Shown: positions 1 to 10,753, counted from the first letter of the stretch. The stretch: DNA of 32,000 bases from Flavobacteriaceae bacterium (GCA_965224465.1 OZ245049.1:960001-992000), one strand, 5' to 3'. The notes: a model not told the origin generated them from the letters alone. Made by a program: numbers and translations.

Positions 1-2063
1 AAACGTCCAGAAGCCCCTCCATGACCGGCATCCATGTTGGTATGTAACAATAGTTGATTTTCATCAGTTTTCATATCTCTTAATTTAGCGACCCATTTTG
101 CTGGTTCAAAATACTGTACTTGAGAGTCGTGCAAGCCGGTAGTAACTAATATATTTGGATAGGATTGTACTTTTACATTATCATACGGAGAATAGGATTT
201 CATATATTCATAAGCCTCTTTTTTATTTGGATTCCCCCATTCGTCATATTCTCCTGTTGTCAATGGAATGCTATCATCTAACATGGTTGTAACCACATCT
301 ACAAAAGGCACACTTGCAATAACTCCATTAAATATTTCTGGGTTCATGTTTAATACAGCTCCCATTAACAGTCCGCCCGCAGAACCTCCACTAGCATATA
401 AATGAGATGGAGACGTATAATTATTTGCAATTAAATGTTTTCCACAATCAATAAAATCTGTAAATGTATTTTTCTTTTGCATCATTTTTCCATCTTCATA
501 CCATTGCCTTCCAAGGTATTCCCCTCCACGAATGTGTGCTATTGCAAAAACAAAGCCACGATCTAACAAACTCAATCTTGTAGTACTAAAACTCGGATCA
601 ATGGTATATCCATAAGACCCATAAGCATATAACAACACTGGTGTATCCTTTGTATACTTGGTGTTTTTATGAGCGACTATAGAAATGGCTACTTTTTTTC
701 CGTCTCTGGCTGTTGCCCAAATACGTTCACTTTTATAATTAGATTGCTCAAATTTACCTCCTAAGACTTCTTGTTGTTTTAATAATTTTTTAGATTTATC
801 TACAACATTAAAATCAATTACAGAGCTTGGAGTTGTCATAGAGTTATAGCTATAACGAATGGTATCCGTAACAAATTCTGCATTATAGTATACACCCGCA
901 GCGTATGTTTCCTCCTCAAAAGGCAAATAATAATCAGCGGTATTATCCCATCGAACAATTCTAATTTTATTCAAGCCATTACTACGCTCCTCTAAAACAT
1001 AAAAATCTTTAAATATGGAAATATCTTCTAACAAAACATCTGCACGGTGTGGAATTACATCCTTCCAATTTTCTTTTGAAAGTTTTCCTTCGGGAGTTTT
1101 CATTACTTTAAAGTTCAGTGCCTTGTCCTTATTTGTATGGATGTAAAAATAACCATCATAATGGGCTACATTGTATTCTAAATCGCGTTCACGTTTTTGA
1201 AACAACTCAAATTCACCTAATGGATTATCCGCTGCTAACAATCTACATTCCGTAGAAACTGTACTATAAGATCCAATAATAATAAATTTATTAGATTTGG
1301 TTTTATACACATAGGTCCCAAAAGTATCGTCCAATTCTTCATAAACCAAGACGTCATTTACAGGATCTGTTCCCAATTCATGTCTATACACTTTATCACT
1401 CCTAAGCGTTACTGCATCTTTTAATGTATAAAAAACTGTTTTATTATCATTTCCCCAAGTAGTACCTCCAGTTGTATTTTCTATTTTTTCATCATAGAAC
1501 TTTCCTGTTTCCAAATTTTTAAAATACAACGTATACTGTCGCCTACTTACAGTATCAATTCCATACGCTGCAATATGATTGTTTGGGCTTACAGACAGTC
1601 CTGTAAATTTATAATAGGTATGTCCTTCTGCCATTACATTTACATCAAAAAGCAATTCGTCTTCAGCATTTAACGATCCTTTTTTACGTGAGTGTATAGG
1701 GTATTGATTTCCTTTTTTAAATTTGGATATATAATAATACCCATTTTTTTTAAAAGGTACAGACTCATCATCTTCTTTAATCCTCCCTTTCATTTCTAAA
1801 AATAAGGATTTTTTAAAATCTTTAGTGTGTGCTGTTAGATCATTATAATAATCATTTTCGGCATTTAGATAGTCAATCACCTTACTATCTTCACGGTTGT
1901 TCAACCAATAGTAATTATCAATTCTTACATCACCATGCTTTTCTAATTTTTTTTCGATCTTAGCTGCTATTGGTGCCGTTTTTATTTCATTCTCCATTGT
2001 TCCATTTTTACACGAGGCTGCAAAAATAAGACTTATGAGCAATAATCCCTTATAATGTTTCAT
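1..2063 (-). CDS. ptrB: oligopeptidase B (protease II, peptidase family S9A); C-terminal end runs off the window
   Basis: Absent from the ORF track because it leaves the window. My minus-strand translation from the ATG at 2063-2061 gives MKHYKGLLLISLIFAASCKNG (lipoprotein-type signal), then HGDVRIDNYYWL, the PtrB N-terminal signature. An in-frame GGSAGG nucleophile elbow lies at about 371-395. The window edge reads NMDAGHGGASGR, the catalytic His region. Confidence 0.9.
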   Translation of the reverse strand, partial: MKHYKGLLLISLIFAASCKNGTMENEIKTAPIAAKIEKKLEKHGDVRIDNYYWLNNREDSKVIDYLNAENDYYNDLTAHTKDFKKSLFLEMKGRIKEDDESVPFKKNGYYYISKFKKGNQYPIHSRKKGSLNAEDELLFDVNVMAEGHTYYKFTGLSVSPNNHIAAYGIDTVSRRQYTLYFKNLETGKFYDEKIENTTGGTTWGNDNKTVFYTLKDAVTLRSDKVYRHELGTDPVNDVLVYEELDDTFGTYVYKTKSNKFIIIGSYSTVSTECRLLAADNPLGEFELFQKRERDLEYNVAHYDGYFYIHTNKDKALNFKVMKTPEGKLSKENWKDVIPHRADVLLEDISIFKDFYVLEERSNGLNKIRIVRWDNTADYYLPFEEETYAAGVYYNAEFVTDTIRYSYNSMTTPSSVIDFNVVDKSKKLLKQQEVLGGKFEQSNYKSERIWATARDGKKVAISIVAHKNTKYTKDTPVLLYAYGSYGYTIDPSFSTTRLSLLDRGFVFAIAHIRGGEYLGRQWYEDGKMMQKKNTFTDFIDCGKHLIANNYTSPSHLYASGGSAGGLLMGAVLNMNPEIFNGVIASVPFVDVVTTMLDDSIPLTTGEYDEWGNPNKKEAYEYMKSYSPYDNVKVQSYPNILVTTGLHDSQVQYFEPAKWVAKLRDMKTDENQLLLHTNMDAGHGGASGR

Positions 2064-2591
2064 TAAATTACTATTAACAGTGAATATTTAACTTTTTTAA
2101 CTATCAAATATACTGCTTTTACAATCCATCATAACTAAAATAGCGAAAAATAATTGGTGTTTCACTAAGAGAACTCCTTCATAAATCCATTATTAAAGAA
2201 AATAGCTTAAAAAAATATGAATCTTAGTTGTTTTTTAAAAAACCAATAGAAACATCGTATTCTACCCACTATTTGAGTCTTGAAAATTAAATTTAACTCT
2301 CTAAATCTAAAAGTTGCATTTATGAATTGATATTAAGTTTAAAAAAAAGATTGATTTACAATAATTAGTAAGAGTTGCGTTTGGAATCCTACAATTCCAA
2401 CTAAAACAACGGTACTATTATAAAAGTACAAAACCAGTAGAAGCCGTTCCTTTTTTTTACAAAAGGTTTCGTTAAAATACGCAGGGTCGTTTTAGAATCA
2501 ACAGTCTCAATTTATGAAGACGTTAGATACTTCAATACTGTTTCTGTTTCGAGGTGAGTCCTCTGGGAATTAACCCCTTAATTACTCCTAT

Positions 2592-2735
2592 TACAATCCA
2601 AAATGACAGATATAAATGATTTATTTTAGGTTCTAGCGTTGTTAAAAACAAAACGATAGTTATGGCTATCCTTCTAGTTACCGCCTAGCTAAAACAAAAA
2701 ACAATATCATTTTCACACGAATCACAACACCTGTT
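2592..2735 (+). repeat. dispersed intergenic element, copy A (3' part degenerate)
   Basis: Aligns with copies B-F: acaatccaaaatgacagatataaat...ttctagcgttgttaaaaacaaaacgatagttatggctatcc...ccgcctagctaaaacaaaaaa. Internal hairpin is gatagt-tatg-gctatc. Confidence 0.8.
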
Positions 2736-2745
2736 TCTCCGACTC

Positions 2746-3300
2746 CTAATAGATCTTCTTATTATACGAATTCGGATGTTTCGCTGGAATATCCTTATAA
2801 AAGTCCTGAATGCTTTGCATGTCTTTTTCAAAATCACCTGATAGATGAAATAAAGCACCTATAGCAGCCACCTTCTTGGTGTAATCCAAATAACCTAAAG
2901 CAATGGGTAATTTAGATTTCTGAGCAATATGATAAAAACCTGTCTTCCAACGATTTACTTTGTTACGTGTTCCCTCGGCGGGCACCAATAGCATCATATT
3001 ATTGGACTTTTCCAAAATAGTCACAGCGTAATCTACCAAATTATTATTCTTTGATCTGTCTACACCAATAGCTCCCAAGCTTCTAAAAAAAACACCTAGC
3101 AATCCTTTGGTATAACTATCTTTAATAAAAAAAGCAATAGGCATTTCACATTTCCAAAAAAATGACATTGTGTGAACAAAATCCCAATTTGAAGTATGCG
3201 GTGCAGCGACCATAACACATTTATTAGTTTTATATGCAGCAGGGAACTGATAGGTCCAACCACTAAAAAACATGACAATACTTCCAAAAATCTTTTTCAT
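2746..3300 (-). CDS. 1-acyl-sn-glycerol-3-phosphate acyltransferase family protein (PlsC-like)
   Basis: 184-aa ORF with the HX4D motif (HTSNWD) and a PAEGTR block, both typical of lysophospholipid acyltransferases. Confidence 0.8.
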   Translation of the reverse strand: MKKIFGSIVMFFSGWTYQFPAAYKTNKCVMVAAPHTSNWDFVHTMSFFWKCEMPIAFFIKDSYTKGLLGVFFRSLGAIGVDRSKNNNLVDYAVTILEKSNNMMLLVPAEGTRNKVNRWKTGFYHIAQKSKLPIALGYLDYTKKVAAIGALFHLSGDFEKDMQSIQDFYKDIPAKHPNSYNKKIY

Positions 3301-3373
3301 AAATAATTATTTTATAGTGCTTCTTCCACGTTTAGTAATGACAAAATTACTAAACTTTTTAATACTTACTCGA

Positions 3374-4804
3374 TTAATCCTCTTCAAAATGCTCCTTATT
3401 AAACCCAATCAAATAGAGTTTTTCTTGGGCACGAGTCACCGCAGTGTACAACCATCTTAAATACGATACACTTTGACCATCTGGCAAATATGGCTGCTCA
3501 ATAAAAACAGTTTTCCACTGCCCTCCTTGGGATTTATGACACGTAACGGCGTACGAAAACTTAACTTGCAAAGCATTAAAATAGATATTATTCTTAATTG
3601 CTAGCATGCGTTTGTAATTGGATTTTTCATCCGCATAATCCAACGCAACTTCTTGGTATAATTTATTAGACTCCTCATAGGTAAGCGATGGTGTTTCAGA
3701 AGTCAACGTATCTAGTAAAATAACAGTATCAAAAGGGTTTTGATCTGGATAGTCAATCATTCTAATTTTTACTTCAGCAAATCTAAAACCATACAATTCT
3801 TTACTTCCTCTTATTTCCAATACCTCACAAATATCACCATTCGCAATAAATCCAGCATCACTTGTATCATCGAGCCAATAGTAATTATTTTTAACAACCA
3901 TAATATAATCACCTGTAGAGATCTCACTTTCTTGACCACGAATCTTCCCGCGAATTTGAGCATTGTATTGATTTGCTCGTTTATTAGACCTTACTATAAA
4001 AGTAGTATCCTCAACTCCTTCACTGTCATAAGCAACGTTCAATGCGTCTAAAATATCATAACCGTCCTCCAAACGCACGATGTCTGGAAATCCTAATTGA
4101 AATTTAAAAGGTGCAAATCCTCCAGTATTCAAAATATGGCGTAATTCCGTAGCATTTGTAAGTATTCCAGAATTTTTATGTTGGCGCATCACTTCTGTCA
4201 ATTCCACCTCCACTACATTCTTATCATAGTGCATCGATAAATTATCTTTCACCAATGCAGGACTTATATCTAATTTTACAGGAGGTAACTGGGCCGTATC
4301 ACCAATTAACACGAGTTTGCAATTGACACCTGAATATACATAATCTATAAGATCGTCTAATAAAGAACCCGAACTCATAAACTGATTATTACTTGCTTTA
4401 TCTGGAATCATAGAGGCTTCATCCACAAAAAAGATGGTATTTGTGTGTTTATTTACCTGCCGTACAAATTTAATTCCCCCATTAGATTCTTTTTTCGGGT
4501 GGTACATTTTCTTATGAATAGTAAAAGCCTGAGATTTTGAATACCCAGAAATCACCTTTGCAGCCCTACCAGTAGGGGCTAAAAGGACATATTTCTTCCC
4601 TGCAAGCCATAAATTGTTCACAACAGCACTAATTGTTGTTGTTTTCCCTGTTCCTGCGTAACCTTTTAATAAAAAAAGAGCCTTTTTATCAGTAGAAAAA
4701 ATAAAATCTGACAGCTTATCCAGCAGTTCCTCCTGAGTATCAGTAGGTATAAACGGGAATGACTTAGTAATGTGACTATAAAAATCGTTGGCGGTTTTAA
4801 TCAT
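3374..4804 (-). CDS. RecD-like superfamily-1 DNA helicase (AAA_30 / UvrD_C_2 type)
   Basis: Walker A GYAGTGKTT, Walker B FFVDEASM, LIGDTAQLPPV and C-terminal TCHKSQGGQW. I start at the internal Met (MIKTANDF, ATG 4804-4802); the 29-codon upstream extension in the track ORF looks non-coding and overlaps the divergent promoter region. Confidence 0.85.
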   Translation of the reverse strand: MIKTANDFYSHITKSFPFIPTDTQEELLDKLSDFIFSTDKKALFLLKGYAGTGKTTTISAVVNNLWLAGKKYVLLAPTGRAAKVISGYSKSQAFTIHKKMYHPKKESNGGIKFVRQVNKHTNTIFFVDEASMIPDKASNNQFMSSGSLLDDLIDYVYSGVNCKLVLIGDTAQLPPVKLDISPALVKDNLSMHYDKNVVEVELTEVMRQHKNSGILTNATELRHILNTGGFAPFKFQLGFPDIVRLEDGYDILDALNVAYDSEGVEDTTFIVRSNKRANQYNAQIRGKIRGQESEISTGDYIMVVKNNYYWLDDTSDAGFIANGDICEVLEIRGSKELYGFRFAEVKIRMIDYPDQNPFDTVILLDTLTSETPSLTYEESNKLYQEVALDYADEKSNYKRMLAIKNNIYFNALQVKFSYAVTCHKSQGGQWKTVFIEQPYLPDGQSVSYLRWLYTAVTRAQEKLYLIGFNKEHFEED

Positions 4805-4906
4805 GCTTAAAATAAAATGCAAATATACAAATTGATTTATGCTCAAAAATTTTTCTCGTTGAAAAAAAAATGTAAATTTGCGTGTAATCAATTTAAACTT
4901 AAAAAA

Positions 4907-5635
4907 ATGGTATTTTATATTATTGGAGCTATTATTTTGGTAGGTATTATAGCATATGTTGCTGTAAATTATATCCCAAAAAAATTACATTGGATATTAT
5001 CTATTGCACTACTTGGTGCAGCAGGATATTTATTGTTTTTAATTAATAGCAGCATTATGGAGCCTTTACGCTTCAACAAAGAAAAGCAAATTCGTTATGC
5101 TCAAGTCATCAAAAACCTAAAGGTGATTAGAGATGCTCAAGTTGCCCACAAAACGGTAACTGGAGAGTTCACAAAAAGCGGAGAAGACTTAATCAAGTTT
5201 ATTGACACTGCACAGTTTGCAATTACGCAAACTCGTAACATCGTAGTAAAAGAGAAACGTGGTCTTATTACTGTAGATGTAGAAAAAAGAGTTATTGATA
5301 CGATTGGACATGAACCGGTAAGAGCTAATTTTGCTGGAAAAAATTATAAAAACATGCTTAAAGTAAAAGGCATGGACAAAATAAAATTTATTTTTGCTGT
5401 TGACGAAATTGAAAAATTCGGAAAATTAACCGAGCCTGTATTTGAAGTGAAAGTTGATAAAAAAATAGTTTTAGAAGGAATGACAGACTATTTAATTCGT
5501 CAAGAATTAGAAGCAGCTACCGGAGACGAAGTAAGAGGTAAATTTATCTCTGTAGGATCTCTAAATGAAGTTAGTGAAAACGGAAACTGGCCTCCATATT
5601 ATGACAAAGCAGATAAGCAACTTAATAAACAATAA
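4907..5635 (+). CDS. hypothetical membrane-anchored protein
   Basis: Long ORF. The likely start is MVFYIIGAIILVG (ATG 4907), which gives two N-terminal hydrophobic helices. No recognisable catalytic motif. Confidence 0.7.
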   Translation: MVFYIIGAIILVGIIAYVAVNYIPKKLHWILSIALLGAAGYLLFLINSSIMEPLRFNKEKQIRYAQVIKNLKVIRDAQVAHKTVTGEFTKSGEDLIKFIDTAQFAITQTRNIVVKEKRGLITVDVEKRVIDTIGHEPVRANFAGKNYKNMLKVKGMDKIKFIFAVDEIEKFGKLTEPVFEVKVDKKIVLEGMTDYLIRQELEAATGDEVRGKFISVGSLNEVSENGNWPPYYDKADKQLNKQ

Positions 5636-6455
5636 AGAAAATTATAGCAATTTAAAGCATTGCAATCTATCCATCCAACTAAGTTTGGATGGATTTTCTT
5701 TTTGTATAACTAAGCCACATTCTCAAGAGATTATTTGCTTAGAACGGTATCAATTTAAACAAAAACCAAGCAATCCATTTGAGCATTTAAAGTCTGTAGA
5801 ACAACTTATTAAAACCATAGATGTACTACAACACTCCTTTAATGCTATCAAGGTTTGTCACAGTAATAATTTGGCGAGTTTAGTACCCGTCTCTATTTTC
5901 AAAAAAGAACAAGCAGCCAGTTATTTAGGATATAACATTCGTGTTTTAAAAGATGATTTTATCAGTCATGATGAGATTTCACATACCGATATTGTAAATG
6001 TATATGTACCATTTGTCAACTTTAATAATTTCTTATTTGAAAAATATGGAGATTTTAATTTCAAACATTCGGCAACAATCTTTATTCAAAGCATCTTAAA
6101 ACAAGCTAAAAACACTTCCAACAACCAAGTATATGTAGCATTGGAACATGGATTTATGGAAATAATTGTACTCAAGGATAACAGCCTTCAACTGTACAAT
6201 TCGTTTCAGATTAACAGTAAAGAAGATTTTATCTATTACATCCTGTTTACGACAGAACAGTTGCAATTAAATCCAGAAGTGTTTGAACTTGTACTCATGG
6301 GAACCATTAGCCCTAAAGATGCTTATTTTAAATTAGCAAAAAAATACATTAGACATGTACAATTAATAGACATGACGACCACTTATCAACCCTTATTAGA
6401 TACCGCAACTAAGCAGGCTAACTTTAATTTAATACACTTACACGAATGCGTATAA
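5601..6455 (+). CDS. conserved hypothetical protein, possibly the Bacteroidota DUF3822 family often found upstream of rsmD
   Basis: Long ORF. The start is uncertain: MTKQISNL at 5601 overlaps the previous gene by 35 nt. The family assignment is from memory of gene context only. Confidence 0.6.
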   Translation: MTKQISNLINNKENYSNLKHCNLSIQLSLDGFSFCITKPHSQEIICLERYQFKQKPSNPFEHLKSVEQLIKTIDVLQHSFNAIKVCHSNNLASLVPVSIFKKEQAASYLGYNIRVLKDDFISHDEISHTDIVNVYVPFVNFNNFLFEKYGDFNFKHSATIFIQSILKQAKNTSNNQVYVALEHGFMEIIVLKDNSLQLYNSFQINSKEDFIYYILFTTEQLQLNPEVFELVLMGTISPKDAYFKLAKKYIRHVQLIDMTTTYQPLLDTATKQANFNLIHLHECV

Positions 6456-7012
6456 TATCTGGAATACATAAAAGCAAACGAATTACAGCACCCAAAAAAC
6501 TACCTGTACGTCCAACTACAGACATGGCAAAAGAAGCCTTGTTTAACATCTTAAACAACTTGTACTATTTAGACAGTATAAGTGTTATAGACTTATTTTC
6601 TGGAACAGGAAACATAAGTTACGAGTTTGGATCAAGATCTTGTCAAAATATTGTAGCAGTAGATGCACATTTTGGCTGTGTTAAATTTATTAAAAGTACA
6701 ACAACAGACCTCAATCTTCCAATTGATGTTGTTAAAAGTGATGTTTTTAAATTTCTGAGTAGAACAAAATTAACTGCGGACATTATATTTGCAGATCCAC
6801 CGTATGATTTTAGCCAAGAACAATTTGAGAACATCGTAAACTTAGTCGTAGAAAATCAATTGGTAAAAGAAGATGGGCTTTTAATTATTGAGCATTCTAA
6901 ACAGACCAAGTTTGAAAACCACCCACATTTTAGCTATGCAAAAAAGTATGGAGGCAATGTCTTTAGTTTTTTTGAATTAAATCATTCTGAAACTAAAGAA
7001 GAGGAAGATTAA
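6446..7012 (+). CDS. rsmD: 16S rRNA (guanine966-N2)-methyltransferase
   Basis: MRIISG..K...I..P....RPT.D..KEALFNIL N-terminus, SAM-binding DLFSGTGN, and the DPPY catalytic motif. Confidence 0.88.
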   Translation: MRIISGIHKSKRITAPKKLPVRPTTDMAKEALFNILNNLYYLDSISVIDLFSGTGNISYEFGSRSCQNIVAVDAHFGCVKFIKSTTTDLNLPIDVVKSDVFKFLSRTKLTADIIFADPPYDFSQEQFENIVNLVVENQLVKEDGLLIIEHSKQTKFENHPHFSYAKKYGGNVFSFFELNHSETKEEED

Positions 7013-7018
7013 ATTTTA

Positions 7019-7972
7019 TTAGAGTAAGGCATCAATCAAATGTTCTTCAGATATTCCCTCAGCTTCTGCTTTGTAATTTTTTACAATTCTATGGCGTAAA
7101 ATACCATAGGCCACAGCTTTCACATCTTCTATATCTGGAGCGTATTTTCCATTGATTATAGCATGAGCTTTGGCACCTAAAATAAGGTTTTGAGAAGCTC
7201 TGGGTCCCGCTCCCCAATCCATGTAATCTTTTACAATAGATGGCGCTAAATCACTTCCTGGACGCGTTTTAGAAACCAATCCAACGGCGTATTCAATTAC
7301 ATTATCTGCTACAGGAACTCTCCTGATTAAATGCTGATACCCAATAATATCTTCGGCTGTAAACACCATAGAAATTTGTTCTTTTGTATCTCCCGTAGTT
7401 TTCTTTACTACGGCCACCTCTTCTTCAAAAGTAGGATAATCTAAGTAGATGGAAAACATAAACCTATCCAACTGCGCTTCTGGCAACGGGTATGTTCCTT
7501 CTTGCTCTATCGGATTTTGTGTAGCAAGCACAAAAAATGGAGGTGCTAATTTATGCCCATGTCCCGCAACAGTAACCGAACGCTCTTGCATAGCCTCTAA
7601 CAAGGCTGCCTGCGTTTTTGGAGGCGTCCGATTTATTTCATCTGCTAATATAATATTACTAAAAATAGGTCCTTTTATAAACTTAAAATGATTGTTTTCG
7701 TCCAAAATTTCACTCCCAATAATATCCGAAGGCATTAAATCAGGAGTAAATTGTATGCGTTTAAAATCTAAACCCAATGCGTCTGAAACTGTTTGAACCA
7801 ATAGTGTTTTTGCAAGGCCAGGCACTCCAATTAACAAGGAATGTCCTCCACATAAAATAGACATTAAAACATAATCAATGGCAGATTCTTGCCCGACAAT
7901 TATTTTAGCTATTTCTTTTTTTATTTGACCGTACTTTTCTACTAATTCTTTCGCTTTAGCTACATCAGACAT
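7019..7972 (-). CDS. MoxR-family AAA+ ATPase
   Basis: 317 aa. Walker A GVPGLAKT, Walker B ILADEINR, and the conserved ATQNP..EGTYPLPEAQLDRF block typical of MoxR. Confidence 0.9.
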   Translation of the reverse strand: MSDVAKAKELVEKYGQIKKEIAKIIVGQESAIDYVLMSILCGGHSLLIGVPGLAKTLLVQTVSDALGLDFKRIQFTPDLMPSDIIGSEILDENNHFKFIKGPIFSNIILADEINRTPPKTQAALLEAMQERSVTVAGHGHKLAPPFFVLATQNPIEQEGTYPLPEAQLDRFMFSIYLDYPTFEEEVAVVKKTTGDTKEQISMVFTAEDIIGYQHLIRRVPVADNVIEYAVGLVSKTRPGSDLAPSIVKDYMDWGAGPRASQNLILGAKAHAIINGKYAPDIEDVKAVAYGILRHRIVKNYKAEAEGISEEHLIDALL

Positions 7973-7976
7973 ATAC

Positions 7977-9338
7977 TTAATTTTCTTTTAACCAATTTTT
8001 TTCAAACTCACAATCTTTAAAATCACTATTGATTTTAATATATGTGTCAGCAATTTTCTCTTTTGCCCATTTCTCAATAGATTCTTCTTGTTTCTTTTGA
8101 AGCGTTAAGCGTTGAATTTTTACATAATCATTGATAAAGTTTGCGGTATGCGCATCTTCTTTACTTTTCATTAATATAATTTTAAACATCTTATCCCCTC
8201 CTCTAATCTCATCGTAATAAGCATCTGTAATCTCTGCTGTTTTCAAATTACTTACACGAGCGTATAATGATGGATCCATTCTTGTTAAATCAAAATGTGT
8301 ATCATTCGAATCTGGATTCATTAACACACCTTTGTTCTGCTTTGTCCCTTTATCGTCAGAATATTTCGACACTGCATCTTCAAATGTGATTTTCCCGTCT
8401 AAGATATCCTTTTTTATTGAATTTAAAAGGTCTTCACTTTTCTTTAATTCGACACTTGTAATTTTAGGTTGTATTAAAATATGACGAACATCTCTCTCGC
8501 GACCTTTAATTTTTTCTACAAAAATAATATGATATCCAAATCCAGATTTAAAAGGTTCTGATATTTCACCTTCGTCCAAACTAAAAGCAACTTCCTTAAA
8601 TTCTTTAATAAAACCACTCTGTCTAGTAATGCTATACAAACCACCTCCACCTTGTCCATCCGAAGACACCGCAGGGTCATCCGAATTTAAAATGGCTTTT
8701 AGTTTAAAACTAGAACCATTGGCTATATCCTTTTTTATCTGATTCAAATCGTCAATTACACGCTTCACTTCTTCTGCAGTAGGAACCACGTTTATTACTA
8801 TTTGAGACAATTCTATCTCTGCACCAAACTCAGGTAAATCTCCATCCTTATCCAAGTTTTTAAAATAAGTTCTCACCTCTTCTGGCGTCACATCTATTTT
8901 TTCAATAATGCTTGCGCGTTCTTTTTGAATTAACAATTGTTCTTTTTGAACAGATCCTAATTCTTTACGTAAATCAGCTTCGTCATTAAATCCATAAAAC
9001 TCAATTACTTTATCTAAAGAACCAAGTTGTTGCGTAAAATATTGAATGTTTTGATCTACTTTACTATTCACCTCAGAATCTCCAACAGTTAAACTATCAA
9101 TAACTGCATGATGAGCCAACAATTTTTGGGTCATTATTTCCTCCAACATTTGACAGTCGGAAATTTTAATCTTGCCCTCTGATCTGGTTTCTACATCCGC
9201 TTTAAATTTAGCGATATCGGAATTTAACACAATGTTTTTTCCAATAACAACAGCAACTCCATCTATTTTAATTCTATCCTGAGCCGTTGCTGTAATACCT
9301 AGCATTAACACTCCAAGAATAAGTGTTTTTTTTATCAT
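7977..9338 (-). CDS. SurA-like peptidyl-prolyl cis-trans isomerase (parvulin domain), secreted
   Basis: Signal peptide MIKKTLILGVLMLGITATAQD (start at the internal Met, 9338). Parvulin-type block RHILI...FGYHIIFVE. Confidence 0.8.
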   Translation of the reverse strand: MIKKTLILGVLMLGITATAQDRIKIDGVAVVIGKNIVLNSDIAKFKADVETRSEGKIKISDCQMLEEIMTQKLLAHHAVIDSLTVGDSEVNSKVDQNIQYFTQQLGSLDKVIEFYGFNDEADLRKELGSVQKEQLLIQKERASIIEKIDVTPEEVRTYFKNLDKDGDLPEFGAEIELSQIVINVVPTAEEVKRVIDDLNQIKKDIANGSSFKLKAILNSDDPAVSSDGQGGGGLYSITRQSGFIKEFKEVAFSLDEGEISEPFKSGFGYHIIFVEKIKGRERDVRHILIQPKITSVELKKSEDLLNSIKKDILDGKITFEDAVSKYSDDKGTKQNKGVLMNPDSNDTHFDLTRMDPSLYARVSNLKTAEITDAYYDEIRGGDKMFKIILMKSKEDAHTANFINDYVKIQRLTLQKKQEESIEKWAKEKIADTYIKINSDFKDCEFEKNWLKEN

Positions 9339-9339
9339 T

Positions 9340-10185
9340 TTAATATATTTCAAATTGTTCTTTTTTGCGTGCATCTTCTAATAATGTTTCTTCTATTTTT
9401 CGTAATAACAACAACTTTCGTTGGTGTAAAATCATATTTTTTACAGTAGGTGCAATATAACTTTGCGGAGCTATTTCATTACGTAATAACACCTTTTTTA
9501 CCGAAATCAAATATATACCTAATGAATCTTTTTTTTGTATAAATTTTGATTTTTTTAACAGGTTCTTTTTCGGTATGTTTTTAAGCACTGGAATTCCACG
9601 AATAACATCGCTATATTTCACCCAAATAGAATCATTAAAATGATAAGAATCCAACTGTAAACCACTATCCAATAGGGTCTCAATATCTTCTTTTTTCCTA
9701 GTTTTAAATAAGCGTAACAACTTACTCTCATCTACGTTCCCCTGTCTAATAAATAAAAATCTAAACTGAATCAATGCTTCGTTCAATTTAAAATTTTGAT
9801 TGTTTTTAAGGTAGTATTGATGAATGTCATTATCATTTACCAGGGTGTCCAAATATTGTTTTACAACGGCTTCTTTATAGGAGTTTATGTAAAGTTCTTC
9901 TCTGTATTTTTTAACCAAACGTTCAAATTCGTCCGTTTTATCGGCTAAATTCAATGCTGCTTTACTCAATAACAGCTGCTGTTTTACCCAACTATTAATA
10001 TAACTTTTCACAAATAAGGTACTGTCCTTTTCTCCTAAATCCTTTGGAATGATCCCTCTTATTTCATTTTTGTACAGCGCCACATCCATCACTTTGGCAA
10101 TGGGTATTTTTGTGTCTTGTTTCAAACTTAAATAATCGCAAGAAACAACCATTAACAGACAAACTACTAAACTTAAATTTTTCAT
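9340..10185 (-). CDS. lipoprotein, SurA N-terminal-domain-like putative periplasmic chaperone
   Basis: Lipoprotein signal MKNLSLVVCLLMVVSC. Lies immediately upstream of the PPIase gene, with its stop 1 nt from that gene's start. The functional call is weak. Confidence 0.6.
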   Translation of the reverse strand: MKNLSLVVCLLMVVSCDYLSLKQDTKIPIAKVMDVALYKNEIRGIIPKDLGEKDSTLFVKSYINSWVKQQLLLSKAALNLADKTDEFERLVKKYREELYINSYKEAVVKQYLDTLVNDNDIHQYYLKNNQNFKLNEALIQFRFLFIRQGNVDESKLLRLFKTRKKEDIETLLDSGLQLDSYHFNDSIWVKYSDVIRGIPVLKNIPKKNLLKKSKFIQKKDSLGIYLISVKKVLLRNEIAPQSYIAPTVKNMILHQRKLLLLRKIEETLLEDARKKEQFEIY

Positions 10186-10350
10186 TTTTTTATGCGCTTT
10201 AAACGGTTAAAAAACTTTTCCTTTAGAACAACTCTTTTTCATAAAATCAGTCTCGTTTTTCAGTTTGTTTATTTTCAATATTACCCTTTGAATAACAGTA
10301 AAAATCAGGCGCAATTTATTTTTATTTTTCGGGAAGGGCTGTTAATAATA

Positions 10351-10632
10351 TCACAAAGATATAATCCCTTCAATTTTTTCTGCTTCTAGGTATTTTTCAA
10401 TTACTGCATCGGCACTTTTCATCATTACAATAATTGAAACACTGGTATACTTTCCTGTTTTTGAGTTTTTTTTTGAAATCACAGCGCCCATGTGATTGAA
10501 AATATTTTCTACCTCTTTATATTTATCATCTTGTCCTTTTACAATAAATTTAAATAAGTATTTGGAGGGGAATTTACTATCCGCTTTTAACTTATCCTTT
10601 AAATTTTTATAAAATTCGTTTCTATCTTGCAT
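10351..10632 (-). CDS. DUF493 (YbeD-like) family protein
   Basis: 93 aa. The pattern FPSKYLFKFIVKG...GKYTSVSI...EKYLE...IEGIISL matches the YbeD architecture. Confidence 0.75.
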   Translation of the reverse strand: MQDRNEFYKNLKDKLKADSKFPSKYLFKFIVKGQDDKYKEVENIFNHMGAVISKKNSKTGKYTSVSIIVMMKSADAVIEKYLEAEKIEGIISL

Positions 10633-10753
10633 TTTAATAAAACTTCAAATTAATTATTCGCACAAAAATACATTTTATATTTAAGTTTAGTCTATTTTCG
10701 CAAGCTTTTAAAATATTTACAAATATTACATTTTAAAGACTTAATTTTGCCAA

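Noticed and set aside
2551-2570. gtcctctgggaat near copy A resembles the array hairpin gtccctctgggac
   Set aside because: There is a one-base deletion in the stem and no AACAG anchor. It is a single occurrence and a short match compatible with chance.
4805-4891. N-terminal extensions of track ORFs (helicase 4805-4891; also 4817-4906, 5565-5600, 9339-9374, 11226-11291, 16069-16089, 20832-20867)
   Set aside because: The extensions overlap neighbouring genes or promoters and encode implausible leader sequences. Internal Met starts give canonical N-termini or signal peptides.
10192-10389. 65-aa plus-strand track ORF
   Set aside because: It lies in the intergenic/promoter region and overlaps the DUF493 gene's 3' end in antisense. 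Its composition is low-complexity and T-rich.
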